Below are positions 11,401 to 23,900 of a DNA stretch of 64,000 bases, piece by piece (the first letter of the stretch is position 1; every line of letters begins with the position of its first letter). Under the pieces are notes generated by a model. That model saw only the letters and a list, made by a program, of their open reading frames with translations, searched no databases and was not told the origin of the DNA. The translations under genes were made by a program, and so were the position numbers. The DNA lies in assembly GCA_040954595.2 (NCBI GenBank), contig CM082577.2, positions 17,439,500-17,503,499 of the forward strand, in the 5' to 3' direction. Source of the stretch: Balanoglossus misakiensis. Lineage: Eukaryota > Animalia > Hemichordata.

Positions 11401-14183
11401 AATCAGCACCATTTTTACATATAATGGAAATTTCATACATCATCAGATATCCAAATATGAAAAAATGATTTAGATTTTAGATGATTGTCCAAAATTAGCT
11501 GATATGTAATAAATGTAGTATTAAACCGTTCTGTTTCCCCCCCCCCCTACATTATATGCGGTACGCCGATGTCAGCTTACCCGGTAGTACTGCAGGCCGT
11601 GCCCCCAACTAACGTCGGTGTTTGAAACGCCCTGGTTAAATTCGGGCTTTCTCTATAAATTGACAGGCAATAATGCAGTCCTACCCGAACAAATGTCGAG
11701 TGTTGACCCGCTGTGACTTTCCCTCTTCGGTTTGCCCGACTTAGCCAACGTCTTTGTACTAGAGTGTCGGGTCTTTTGCAGAGCCAGGCCGAAGGAAATC
11801 CGACTTGATCACCGTTGCTAACGAACGCTAGTGTCTGTCATGGTGTGCCGGGGTTTTAGTCGAGCCAGGCCGTAGGAGATCTGACTTGATCATCGTGGTC
11901 AATGTACGCGTGTTTCCGCTCTAAAGTGCCGGGGCTTCAGCTAAACCAGGCCGTAGGAAATCCGACGTAATCACCGTTGATAACTTACGCCAGTCTGTGT
12001 CATATAGAGCCGGTGCACCAGCCGAGTCACGCCGTAGGAAATCTGACTTGATCAACGTAGTCAATGTACGCCTGTTTCTGCTCTAGAGTGCCGGGGCTTC
12101 AGCTGAGCCAGGCCGTAGGAAACCCGACGTGATTACCGTTGTTAACTTACGCCAGTCTGTGTCCTATAGTGCCGGGGCATCAGCCGTGCCAGGCCGAAGG
12201 AAATGTGAGTTGATCAACGTGGTCTCTGTACGCGTGTTTCTGCTCTAGAGTGCCTGGGCTTTAGCCAAGCTATGCCGTAGGAAATCTGACTTGATCAACG
12301 TTGCTACCGAACGCTAGTGTCTGTCATAGTGTGCCGGGGTTTTAGTCGAGCCAAGCCGTAGGAGATCAGACTTGATCAACATGGTCTCTGTACGCGTGTT
12401 TCTGCTCTAGAGTGCCGGGGCTTTATCCAAGCCATGCCGTAGAAAATCTGACTTGATCACCGTTGCTAACGTACGCTAGTGTCTGTCATATTGTGACGGA
12501 GATTTAGCCGAGCCAGGCCGTAGAAAAATCGACTTGTTCAACGTTACCAGTGTGCAACTGTTTCTGCTCTAGAGTGTCAGGGTTTAAGCCGACTTATGCT
12601 GTAGGAAATCCGAGTTGATGAACGGGAGTTCAATGTTAGAAAACCCGTGTGGAAAGTATCTCTACCCGTTTGAAACTAAGAAAAGAATTTATTCTTATTT
12701 ATTTTGTAAAAAAGACAATTTTTCGAAAAAAAGTCGAAAACGGTAATTTTGTCTTGGGTGATTCAAATTATACCGCCTTTTCTGGAATTTGCAGCACTTT
12801 TTACAAGAGAACGACACTTCATGCTCCATAATATTTCTGAAAATGAAGAAGAGAGTTAATTTTTTATGATTTTTTTTAAAAATTTACCATTTTTGTCAAA
12901 ATATGGCCAAAATGGCTATTTTTTCTTGAATTCCGTCAATATCTCTGCATTTTTTGAGTGGTCGAAAGTTTTAACATACAACCAACATGTCATATATGAT
13001 CAGGGCACCAAATTCGAAGAACAAAGTTTTTTTTTTTTTTTTCTAAAAATGACATTTTCAAGGAAAATTTGGTAAAACGCAATTTTGTCTGCAGTGAGCC
13101 AAATTAGACGGTCTTTTGTGGAATTTGTATCGATATATACATACGAAGAGCATTCTATACTCCATCAGATTTCCGAAAATGTAGAAAACAGTTATTTTTT
13201 GTAATTTTCAAAAATTTACCATTTTGACCAAATTGTGGCTAAAATTGTTATTTTCGTGTTGAATGCCGCCAGTGTCACTGCTTTTAAAAGTCATAAAAAC
13301 TTTGAACATACAAGCAATTGGTTATATATGATCAGGTCACCGAATTAAAAAAATAAAGAATGTTTTGCCTAAAAATGACCTTTTTGGTGCAAAAACGCAA
13401 TTTTGTATTAAATCAGCTCATTCAGAGTGCATTTTTTATAATCAGCACCATTTTTACATATAATGGAAATTTCATACATCATCAGATATCCAAATATGAA
13501 AAAATGATTTAGATTTTAGATGATTGTCCAAAATTAGCTGATATGTAATAAATGTAGTATTAAACCGTTCTGTTTCCCCCCCCCCTACATTATATGCGGT
13601 ACGCCGATGTCAGCTTACCCGGTAGTACTGCAGGCCGTGCCCCCAACTAACGTCGGTGTTTGAAACGCCCTGGTTAAATTCGGGCTTTCTCTATAAATTG
13701 ACAGGCAATAATGCAGTCCTACCCGAACAAATGTCGAGTGTTGACCCGCTGTGACTTTCCCTCTTCGGTTTGCCCGACTTAGCCAACGTCTTTGTACTAG
13801 AGTGTCGGGTCTTTTGCAGAGCCAGGCCGAAGGAAATCCGACTTGATCACCGTTGCTAACGAACGCTAGTGTCTGTCATGGTGTGCCGGGGTTTTAGTCG
13901 AGCCAGGCCGTAGGAGATCTGACTTGATCATCGTGGTCAATGTACGCGTGTTTCCGCTCTAAAGTGCCGGGGCTTCAGCTAAACCAGGCCGTAGGAAATC
14001 CGACGTAATCACCGTTGATAACTTACGCCAGTCTGTGTCATATAGAGCCGGTGCACCAGCCGAGTCACGCCGTAGGAAATCTGACTTGATCAACGTGGTC
14101 AATGTACGCCTGTTTCTGCTCTAGAGTGCCGGGGCTTCAGCTGAGTCAGGCCGTAGGAAACCCGACGTGATTACCGTTGTTAA

Positions 14184-14978
14184 GATGGGTCCCTAGGATC
14201 TTTTTGCTCTTTGCTATGGGCCTTTATAGGACACTACACTCAATTTTGATCGAAACCGTTATGAACGTCCGACAAGGGGCTTGTAACTAGTTAAAAATAC
14301 ACACGATTGTGTGCACACCCCCTGTCTGAGTATGTTTACGGCAGCTACCGCCCGGCCATAGGCCGCCACGCTAATACGGCAAAGCAGCGGTCAGCGATAG
14401 CGTGCGCGTCCTGTAACCACAGTAACTGGATCGAACGCTAAAAATCCAATGTTTTGTACACAGAGATTTTGTACCGTTCACGAAAATCCCTAAGGCTTTT
14501 TTCACAGGCGACGTAGGCCAGCCAAATTTGACCTGCTTGTTGAGAACGCACTTCCGCATAGTGTGACGGATCGTTTTTTCGGTTTTCGTCGTGCTAAAAA
14601 GCGATACCAGTGGAAGAGTGCGTCCAAAAACACCCAAAATCGATGACTTTTTCAGGTGTGGTACGGGTATGCTGAAATCGTAGGATACAACGATAATATT
14701 CGAAAACAAAATCCGTCACGATCTTCCCTGGTTCAAGCAACTAATGAATACGTATCAAGTTCGTTTTTGAGGTCACGGAATAAAAAGCCTTAGGCTTTTG
14801 AAATTTGACCTAACTAATTTGCATATCAATGGCGTCAGGGGGCGCGCGCTCACAATCGTGCGTATTTTTAACTAGTTACCAGCCCCTTGTTAGACTCTGA
14901 AAACGGCTTAGTCCAAATCGGGGTGTAATGTCCTATAAAGGCCCATAGCAACGGGCAAAAAGATCCTAGGGACCCATC
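14184..14978. mobile_element. 795-bp non-autonomous DNA transposon (MITE) with TTAA target-site duplication and ~140-bp imperfect TIRs
   Basis: The empty site in other units is gttgTTAActtacg; here TTAA is at both 14180-14183 and 14979-14982. Termini GATGGGTCCCTAGGATCTTTTTGC are perfect inverted repeats for 24 bp, and similarity continues over 14184-14324 and 14836-14978. This unit is 799 bp longer than its neighbours. No transposase ORF. GA...TC ends with TTAA fit Kolobok or Sola3 better than piggyBac; the superfamily is not resolved. Confidence 0.96.
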
Positions 14979-17900
14979 TTAACTTACGCCAGTCTGTGTC
15001 CTATAGTGCCGGGGCATCAGCCGTGCCAGGCCGAAGGAAATGTGAGTTGATCAACGTGGTCTCTGTACGCGTGTTTCTGCTCTAGAGTGCCTGGGCTTTA
15101 GACAAGCTATGCCGTAGGAAATCTGACTTGATCAACGTTGCTACCGAACGCTAGTGTCTGTCATAGTGTGCCGGGGTTTTAGTCGAGCCAAGCCGTAGGA
15201 GATCAGACTTGATCAACATGGTCTCTGTACGCGTGTTTCTGCTCTAGAGTGCCGGGGCTTTATCCAAGCCATGCCGTAGAAAATCTGACTTGATCACCGT
15301 TGCTAACGTACGCTAGTGTCTGTCATATTGTGACGGAGATTTAGCCGAGCCAGGCCGTAGACAAATCGACTTGTTCAACGTTACCAGTGTGCAACTGTTT
15401 CTGCTCTAGAGTGTCAGGGTTTAAGCCGACTGATGCTGTACGGAAATCTGAGTTGATGAACGGGAATTCAATGTTAGAAAACCCGTGTGGAAAGTATCTC
15501 TACCCGTTTGAAACTAAGAAAAGAATTTATTCTTATTTATTTTGTAAAAAAGACAATTTTTCGAAAAAAAGTCGAAAATGGTAATTTTGTCTTGGGTGAT
15601 TCAAATTATACCGCCTTTTCTGGAATTTGCAGCACTTTTTACAAGAGAACGACACTTCATGCTCCATAATATTTCTGAAAATGAAGAAAAGAGTTAATTT
15701 TTTATGATTTTTTAAAAATTTACCATTTTTGTCAAAATATGGCCAAAATGGCTATTTTTTCTTGAATTCCGTCAATATCTCTGCATTTTTTGAGTGGTCA
15801 AAAGTTTTAACATACAATCAACATGTCATATATGATCAGGGCACCAAATTCGAAGAACAAAGGTTTTTTTATTATTTTTTCTAAAAATTACATTTTCAAG
15901 GAAAATTTGGTAAACCGCAATTTTGTCTGCAGTGAGCCAAATTAGACGGTCTTTTGTGGAATTTGTATCGATATATACATACGAAGAGCATTCTATACTC
16001 CATCAGATTTCCGAAAATGTAGAAAACAGTTATTTTTTGTAATTTTCAAAAATTTACCATTTTGACCAAATTGTGGCTAAAATTGTTATTTTCGTGTTGA
16101 ATGCCGCCAGTGTCACTGCTTTTAAAAGTCATAAAAACTTTGAACATACAAGCAATGATTTATATATGATCAGGTCACCGAATTAAAAAAATAAAGAATG
16201 TTTTGCCTAAAAATGACCTTTTTGGTGCAAAAACGCAATTTTGTATTAAATCAGCTCATTCAGAGTGCATTTTTTATAATCAGCACCATTTTTACATATA
16301 ATGGAAATTTCATACATCATCAGATATCCAAATATGAAAAAATGATTTAGATTTTAGATGATTGTCCAAAATTAGCTGATATCTAATAAATGTAGTATTA
16401 AACCGTTCTGTTTCCCCCCCCCCCTACATTATATGCCGTACGCCGATGTCAGCTTACCCGGTAGTACTGCAGGCCGTGCCCCCAACTAACGTCGGTGTTT
16501 GAAACGCCCTGGTTAAATTCGGGCTTTCTCTATAAATTGACAGGCAATAATGCAGTCCTACCCGAACAAATGTCGAGTGTTGACCCACTGTGACTTTCCC
16601 TCTTCGGTTTGCCCGACTTAGCCAACGTCTTTGTACTAGAGTGTCGGGTCTTTTGCAGAGCCAGGCCGAAGGAAATCCGACTTGATCACCGTTGCTAACG
16701 AACGCTAGTGTCTGTCATGGTGTGCCGGGGTTTTAGTCGAGCCAGGCCGTAGGAGATCTGACTTGATCATCGTGGTCAATGTACGCGTGTTTCCGCTCTA
16801 AAGTGCCGGGGCTTCAGCTAAACCTGGCCGTAGGAAATCCGACGTAATCACCGTTGATAACTTACGCCAGTCTGTGTCATATAGAGCCGGTGCACCAGCC
16901 GAGTCACGCCGTAGGAAATCTGACTTGATCAACGTGGTCAATGTACGCCTGTTTCTGCTCTAGAGTGCCGGGGCTTCAGCTGAGTCAGGCCGTAGGAAAC
17001 CCGACGTGATTACCGTTGTTAACTTACGCCGGTGTGTGTCCTATAGTGCCGGGGCATCAGTCGTGCCAGGCCGAAGGAAATGTGAGTTGATCAACGTGGT
17101 CTCTGTACGCGTGTTTCTGCTCTAGAGTGCCTGGGCTTTAGCCAAGCTATGCCGTAGGAAATCTGACTTGATCAACGTTGCTACCGAACGCTAGTGTCTG
17201 TCATAGTGTGCCGGGGTTTTAGTCGAGCCAAGCCGTAGGAGATCAGACATGATCAACATGGTCTCTGTACGCGTGTTTCTGCTCTAGAGTGCCGGGGCTT
17301 TATCCAAGCCATGCCGTAGAAAATCTGACTTGATCACCGTTGCTAACGTACGCTAGTGTCTGTCATATTGTGACGGAGATTTAGCCGAGCCAGGCCGTAG
17401 AAAAATCGACTTGTTCAACGTTACCAGTGTGCAACTGTTTCTGCTCTAGAGTGTCAGGGTTTAAGCCGACTTATGCTGTAGGAAATCTGAGTTGATGAAC
17501 GGGAATTCAATGTTAGAAAACCCGTGTGGAAAGTATCTCTACCCGTTTGAAACTAAGAAAAGAATTTATTCTTATTTATTTTGTAAAAAAGACAATTTTT
17601 CGAAAAAAAGTCGAAAATGGTAATTTTGTCTTGGGTGATTCAAATTATACCGCCTTTTCTGGAATTTGCAGCACTTTTTACAAGAGAACGACACTTCATG
17701 CTCCATAATATTTCTGAAAATGAAGAAAAGAGTTAATTTTTTATGATTTTTTAAAAATTTACCATTTTTGTCAAAATATGGCCAAAATGGCTATTTTTTC
17801 TTGAATTCCGTCAACATCTCTGCATTTTTTGAGTGGTCAAAAGTTTTAACATACAATCAACATGTCATATATGATCAGGGCACCAAATTCGAAGAACAAA

Positions 17901-20900
17901 GGTTTTTTTTATTATTTTTTCTAAAAATTACATTTTCAAGGAAAATTTGGTAAAACGCAATTTTGTCTGCAGTGAGCCAAATTAGACGGTCTTTTGTGGA
18001 ATTTGTATCGATATATACATACGAAGAGCATTCTATACTCCATCAGATTTCCGAAAATGTAGAAAACAGTTATTTTTTGTAATTTTCAAAAATTTACCAT
18101 TTTGACCAAATTGTGGCTAAAATTGTTATTTTCGTGTTGAATGCCGCCAGTGTCACTGCTTTTAAAAGTCATAAAAACTTTGAACATACAAGCAATTATT
18201 TATATATGATCAGGTCACCGAATTAAAAAAATAAAGAATGTTTTGCCTAAAAATGACCTTTTTGGTGCAAAAACGCAATTTTGTATTAAATCAGCTCATT
18301 CAGAGTGCATTTTTTATAATCAGCACCATTTTTACATATAATGGAAATTTCATACATCATCAGATATCCAAATATGAAAAAATGATTTAGATTTTAGATG
18401 ATTGTCCAAAATTAGCTGATATGTAATAAATTTAGTATTAAACCGTTCTGTTTCCCCCCCCCCACCCTACATTATATGCGGTACGCCGATGTCAGCTTAC
18501 CCGGTAGTACTGCAGGCCGTGCCCCCAACTAACGTCGGTGTTTGAAACGCCCTGGTTAAATTCGGGCTTTCTCTATAAATTGACAGGCAATAATGCAGTC
18601 CTACCCGAACAAATGTCGAGTGTTGACCCGCTGTGACTTTCCCTCTTCGGTTTGCCCGACTTAGCCAACGTCTTTGTACTAGAGTGTCGGGTCTTTTGCA
18701 GAGCCAGGCCGAAGGAAATCCGACTTGATCACCGTTGCTAACGAACGCTAGTGTCTGTCATGGTGTGCCGGGGTTTTAGTCGAGCCAGGCCGTAGGAGAT
18801 CTGACTTGATCATCGTGGTCAATGTACGCGTGTTTCCGCTCTAAAGTGCCGGGGCTTCAGCTAATCCAGGCCGTAGGAAATCCGACGTAATCACCGTTGA
18901 TAACTTACGCCAGTCTGTGTCATATAGAGCCGGTGCACCAGCCGAGTCACGCCGTAGGAAATCTGACTTGATCAACGTAGTCAATGTACGCCTGTTTCTG
19001 CTCTAGAGTGCCGGGGCTTCAGCTGAGCCAGGCCGTAGGAAACCCGACGTGATTACCGTTGTTAACTTACGCCAGTCTGTGTCCTATAGTGCCGGGGCAT
19101 CAGCCGTGCCAGGCCGAAGGAAATGTGAGTTGATCAACGTGGTCTCTGTACGCGTGTTTCTGCTCTAGAGTGCCTGGGCATTAGCCAAGCTATGCCGTAG
19201 GAAATCTGACTTGATCAACGTTGCTACCGAACGCTAGTGTCTATCATAGTGTGCCGGGGTTTTAGTCGAGCCAAGCCGTAGGAGATCAGACTTGATCAAC
19301 ATGGTCTCTGCATGCGTGTTTCTGCTCTAGAGTGCCGGGGCTTTATCCAAGCCATGCCGTAGAAAATCTGACTTGATCACCGTTGCTAACGTAACCTAGT
19401 GTCTGTCATATTGTGACGGAGATTTAGCCGAGCCAGGCCGTAGAAAAATCGACTTGTTCAACGTTACCAGTGTGCAACTGTTTCTGCTCTAGAGTGTCAG
19501 GGTTTAAGCCGACTTATGCTGTAGGAAATCTGAGTTGATGAACGGGAATTCAATGTTAGAAAACCCGTGTGGAAAGTATCTCTACCCGTTTGAAACTAAG
19601 AAAAGAATGTATTCTTATTTATTTTGTAAAAAAGACAATTTTTCGCAAAAAAGTCGAAAATGGTAATTTTGTCTTGGGTGATTCAAATTATACCGCCTTT
19701 TCTGGAATTTGCAGCACTTTTTACAAGAGAACGACACTTCATGCTCCATAATATTTCTGAAAATGACGAAAAGAGTTAATTTTTTATGATTTTTTAAAAA
19801 TTTACCATTTTTGTCAAAATATGGCCAAAATGGCTATTTTTTCTTGAATTCCGTCAATATCTCTGCATTTTTTGAGTGGTCAAAAGTTTTAACATACAAT
19901 CAACATGTCATATATGATCAGGGCACCAAATTCAAAGAACAAAGGTTTTTTTTATTATTTTTTCTAAAAATTACATTTTCAAGGAAAATTTGGTAAAACG
20001 CAATTTTGTCTGCAGTGAGCCAAATTAGACGGTCTTTTGTGGAATTTGTATCGATATATACATACGAAGAGCATTCTATACTCCATCAGATTTCCGAAAA
20101 TGTAGAAAACAGTTATTTTTTGTAATTTTCAAAAATTTACCATTTTGACCAAATTGTGGCTAAAATTGTTATTTTCGTGTTGAATGCCGCCAGTGTCACT
20201 GCTTTTAAAAGTCATAAAAACTTTGAACATACAAGCAATGATTTATATATGATCAGGTCACCGAATTAAAAAAATAAAGAATGTTTTGCCTAAAAATGAC
20301 CTTTTTGGTGCAAAAACGCAATTTTGTATTAAATCAGCTCATTCAGAGTGCATTTTTTATAATCAGCACCATTTTTACATATAATGGAAATTTCATACAT
20401 CATCAGATATCCAAATATGAAAAAATGATTTAGATTTTAGATGATTGTCCAAAATTAGCTGATATGTAATAAATGTAGTATTAAACCGTTCTGTTTCCCC
20501 CCCCCCCCTACATTATATGCGGTACGCCGATGTCAGCTTACCCGGTAGTACTGCAGGCCGTGCCCCCAACTAACGTCGGTGTTTGAAACGCCCTGGTTAA
20601 ATTCGGGCTTTCTCTATAAATTGACAGGCAATAATGCAGTCCTACCCGAACAAATGTCGAGTGTTGACCCGCTGTGACTTTCCCTCTTCGGTTTGCCCGA
20701 CTTAGCCAACGTCTTTGTACTAGAGTGTCGGGTCTTTTGCAGAGCCAGGCCGAAGGAAATCCGACTTGATCACCGTTGCTAACGAACGCTAGTGTCTGTC
20801 ATGGTGTGCCGGGGTTTTAGTCGAGCCAGGCCGTAGGAGATCTGACTTGATCATCGTGGTCAATGTACGCGTATTTCCGCTCTAAAGTGCCGGGGCTTCA

Positions 20901-23900
20901 GCTAAACCAGGCCGTAGGAAATCCGACGTAATCACCGTTGATAACTTACGCCAGTCTGTGTCATATAGAGCCGGTGCACCAGCCGAGTCACGCCGTAGGA
21001 AATCTGACTTGATCAACGTAGTCAATGTACGCCTGTTTCTGCTCTAGAGTGCCGGGGCTTCAGCTGAGCCAGGCCGTAGGAAACCCGACGTGATTACCGT
21101 TGTTAACTTACGCCAGTCTGTGTCCTATAGTGCCGGGGCATCAGCCGTGCCAGGCCGAAGGAAATGTGAGTTAATCAACGTGGTCTCTGTACGCGTGTTT
21201 CTGCTCTAGAGTGCCTGGGCTTTAGCCAAGCTATGCCGTAGGAAATCTGACTTGATCAACGTTGCTACCGAACGCTAGTGTCTGTCATAGTGTGCCGGGG
21301 TTTTAGTCGAGCCAAGCCGTAGGAGATCAGACTTGATCAACATGGTCTCTGTACGCGTGTTTCTGCTCTAGAGTGCCGGGGCTTTATCCAAGCCATGCCG
21401 TAGAAAATCTGACTTGATCACCGTTGCTAACGTACGCTAGTGTCTGTCATATTGTGACGGAGATTTAGCCGAGCCAGGCCGTAGAAAAATCGACTTGTTC
21501 AACGTTACCAGTGTGCAACTGTTTCTGCTCTAGAGTGTCAGGGTTTAAGCCGACTTATGCTGTAGGAAATCTGAGTTGATGAACGGGAATTCAATGTTAG
21601 AAAACCCGTGTTGAAAGTATCTCTACCCGTTTGAATCTAAGAAAAGAATTTATTCTTATTTATTTTGTAAAAAAAGACAATTTTTCGAAAAAAAGTCGAA
21701 AATGGTAATTTTGTCTTGGGTGATTCAAATTATACCGCCTTTTCTGGAATTTGCAGCACTTTTTACAAGAGAACGACACTTCATGCTCCATAATATTTCT
21801 GAAAATGAAGAAAAGAGTTAATTTTTTATGATTTTTTAAAAATTTACCATTTTTGTCAAAATATGGCCAAAATGGCTATTTTTTCTTGAATTCCGTCAAT
21901 ATCTCTGCATTTTTTGAGTGGTCGAAAGTTTTAACATACAATCAACATGTCATATATGATCAGGGCACCAAATTCGAAGAACAAAGGTTTTTTTATTATT
22001 TTTTCTAAAAATGACATTTTCAAGGAAAATTTGGTAAAACGCAATTTTGTCTGCAGTGAGCCAAATTAGACGGTCTTTTGTGGAATTTGTATCGATATAT
22101 ACATACGAAGAGCATTCTATACTCCATCAGATTTCCGAAAATGTAGAAAATAGTTATTTTTTGTAATTTTCAAAAATTTACCATTTTGACCAAATTGTGG
22201 CTAAAATTGTTATTTTCGTGTTGAATGCCGCCAGTGTCACTGCTTTTAAAAGTCATAAAAACTTTGAACATACAAGCAATTGTTTATATATGATCAGGTC
22301 ACCGAATTAAAAAAATAAAGAATGTTTTGCCTAAAAATGACCTTTTTGGTGCAAAAACGCAATTTTGTATTAAATCAGCTCATTCAGAGTGCATTTTTTA
22401 TAATCAGCACCATTTTTACATATAATGGAAATTTCATACATCATCAGATATCCAAATATGAAAAAATGATTTAGATTTTAAATGATTGTCCAAAATTAGC
22501 TGATATCTAATAAATGTAGTATTGAACCATTCTGTTCCCCCCCCCCCTACATTATATGCCGTACGCCGATGTCAGCTAACCCGGCAGTACTGCAGGCCGT
22601 GCCCCCAACTAACGTCGGTGTTTGAAACGCCCTGGTTAAATTCGGGCTTTCTCTATAAATTGACAGGCAATAATGCAGTCCTCCCCGAACAAATGTCGAG
22701 TGTTGACCCGCTGTGACTTTCCCTCTTCGGTTTGCCCGACTTAGCCAACGTCTTTGTACTAGAGTGTCGGGTCTTTTGCAGAGCCAGGCCGAAGGAAATC
22801 CGACTTGATCACCGTTGCTAACGAACGCTAGTGTCTGTCATGGTGTGCCGGGGTTTTAGTCGAGCCAGGCCGTAGGAGATCTGACTTGATCATCGTGGTC
22901 AATGTACGCGTGTTTCCGCTCTAAAGTGCCGGGGCTTCAGCTAAACCAGGCCGTAGGAAATCCGACGTAATCACCGTTGATAACTTACGCCAGTCTGTGT
23001 CATATAGAGCCGGTGCACCAGCCGAGTCACGCCGTAGGAAATCTGACTTGATCAACGTGGTCAATGTACGCCTGTTTCTGCTCTAGAGTGCCGGGGCTTC
23101 AGCTGAGCCAGGCCGTAGGAAACCCGACGTGATTACCGTTGTTAACTTACGCCAGTCTGTGTCCTATAGTGCCGGGGCATCAGCCGTGCCAGGCCGAAGG
23201 AAATGTGAGTTGATCAACGTGGTCTCTGTACGCGTGTTTCTGCTCTAGAGTGCCTGGGCTTTAGCCAAGCTATGCCGTAGGAAAATCGACTTGTTCAACG
23301 TTACCAGTGTGCAACTGTTTCTGCTCTAGAGTGTCAGGGTTTAAGCCGACTTATGCTGTAGGAAATCTGAGTTGATGAACGGGAATTCAATGTTAGAAAA
23401 CCCGTGTTGAAAGTATCTCTACCCGTTTGAATCTAAGAAAAGAATTTATTCTTATTTATTTTGTAAAAAAAAGACAATTTTTCGAAAAAAAGTCGAAAAT
23501 GGTAATTTTGTATTGGGTGATTCAAATTATACCGCCTTTTCTGGAATTTGCAGCACTTTTTACAAGAGAACGACACTTCATGCTCCATAATATTTCTGAA
23601 AATGAAGAAAAGAGTTAATTTTTTATGATTTACCATTTTTGTCAAAATATGGCCAAAATGGCTATTTTTTCTTGAATTCCGTCAATATCTCTGCATTTTT
23701 TGAGTGGTCGAAAGTTTTAACATACAATCAACATGTCATGTATGATCAGGGCACCAAATTCGAAGAACAAAGGTTTTTTTATTATTTTTTCTAAAAATGA
23801 CATTTTTAAGGAAAATTTGGTAAAACGCAATTTTGTCTGCAGTGAGCCAAATTAGACGGTCTTTTGTGGAATTTGTATCGATATATACATACGAAGAGCA

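Noticed and set aside
14371-14709. 112-aa ORF inside the MITE
   Set aside because: Non-ATG start and no transposase motifs; likely chance.
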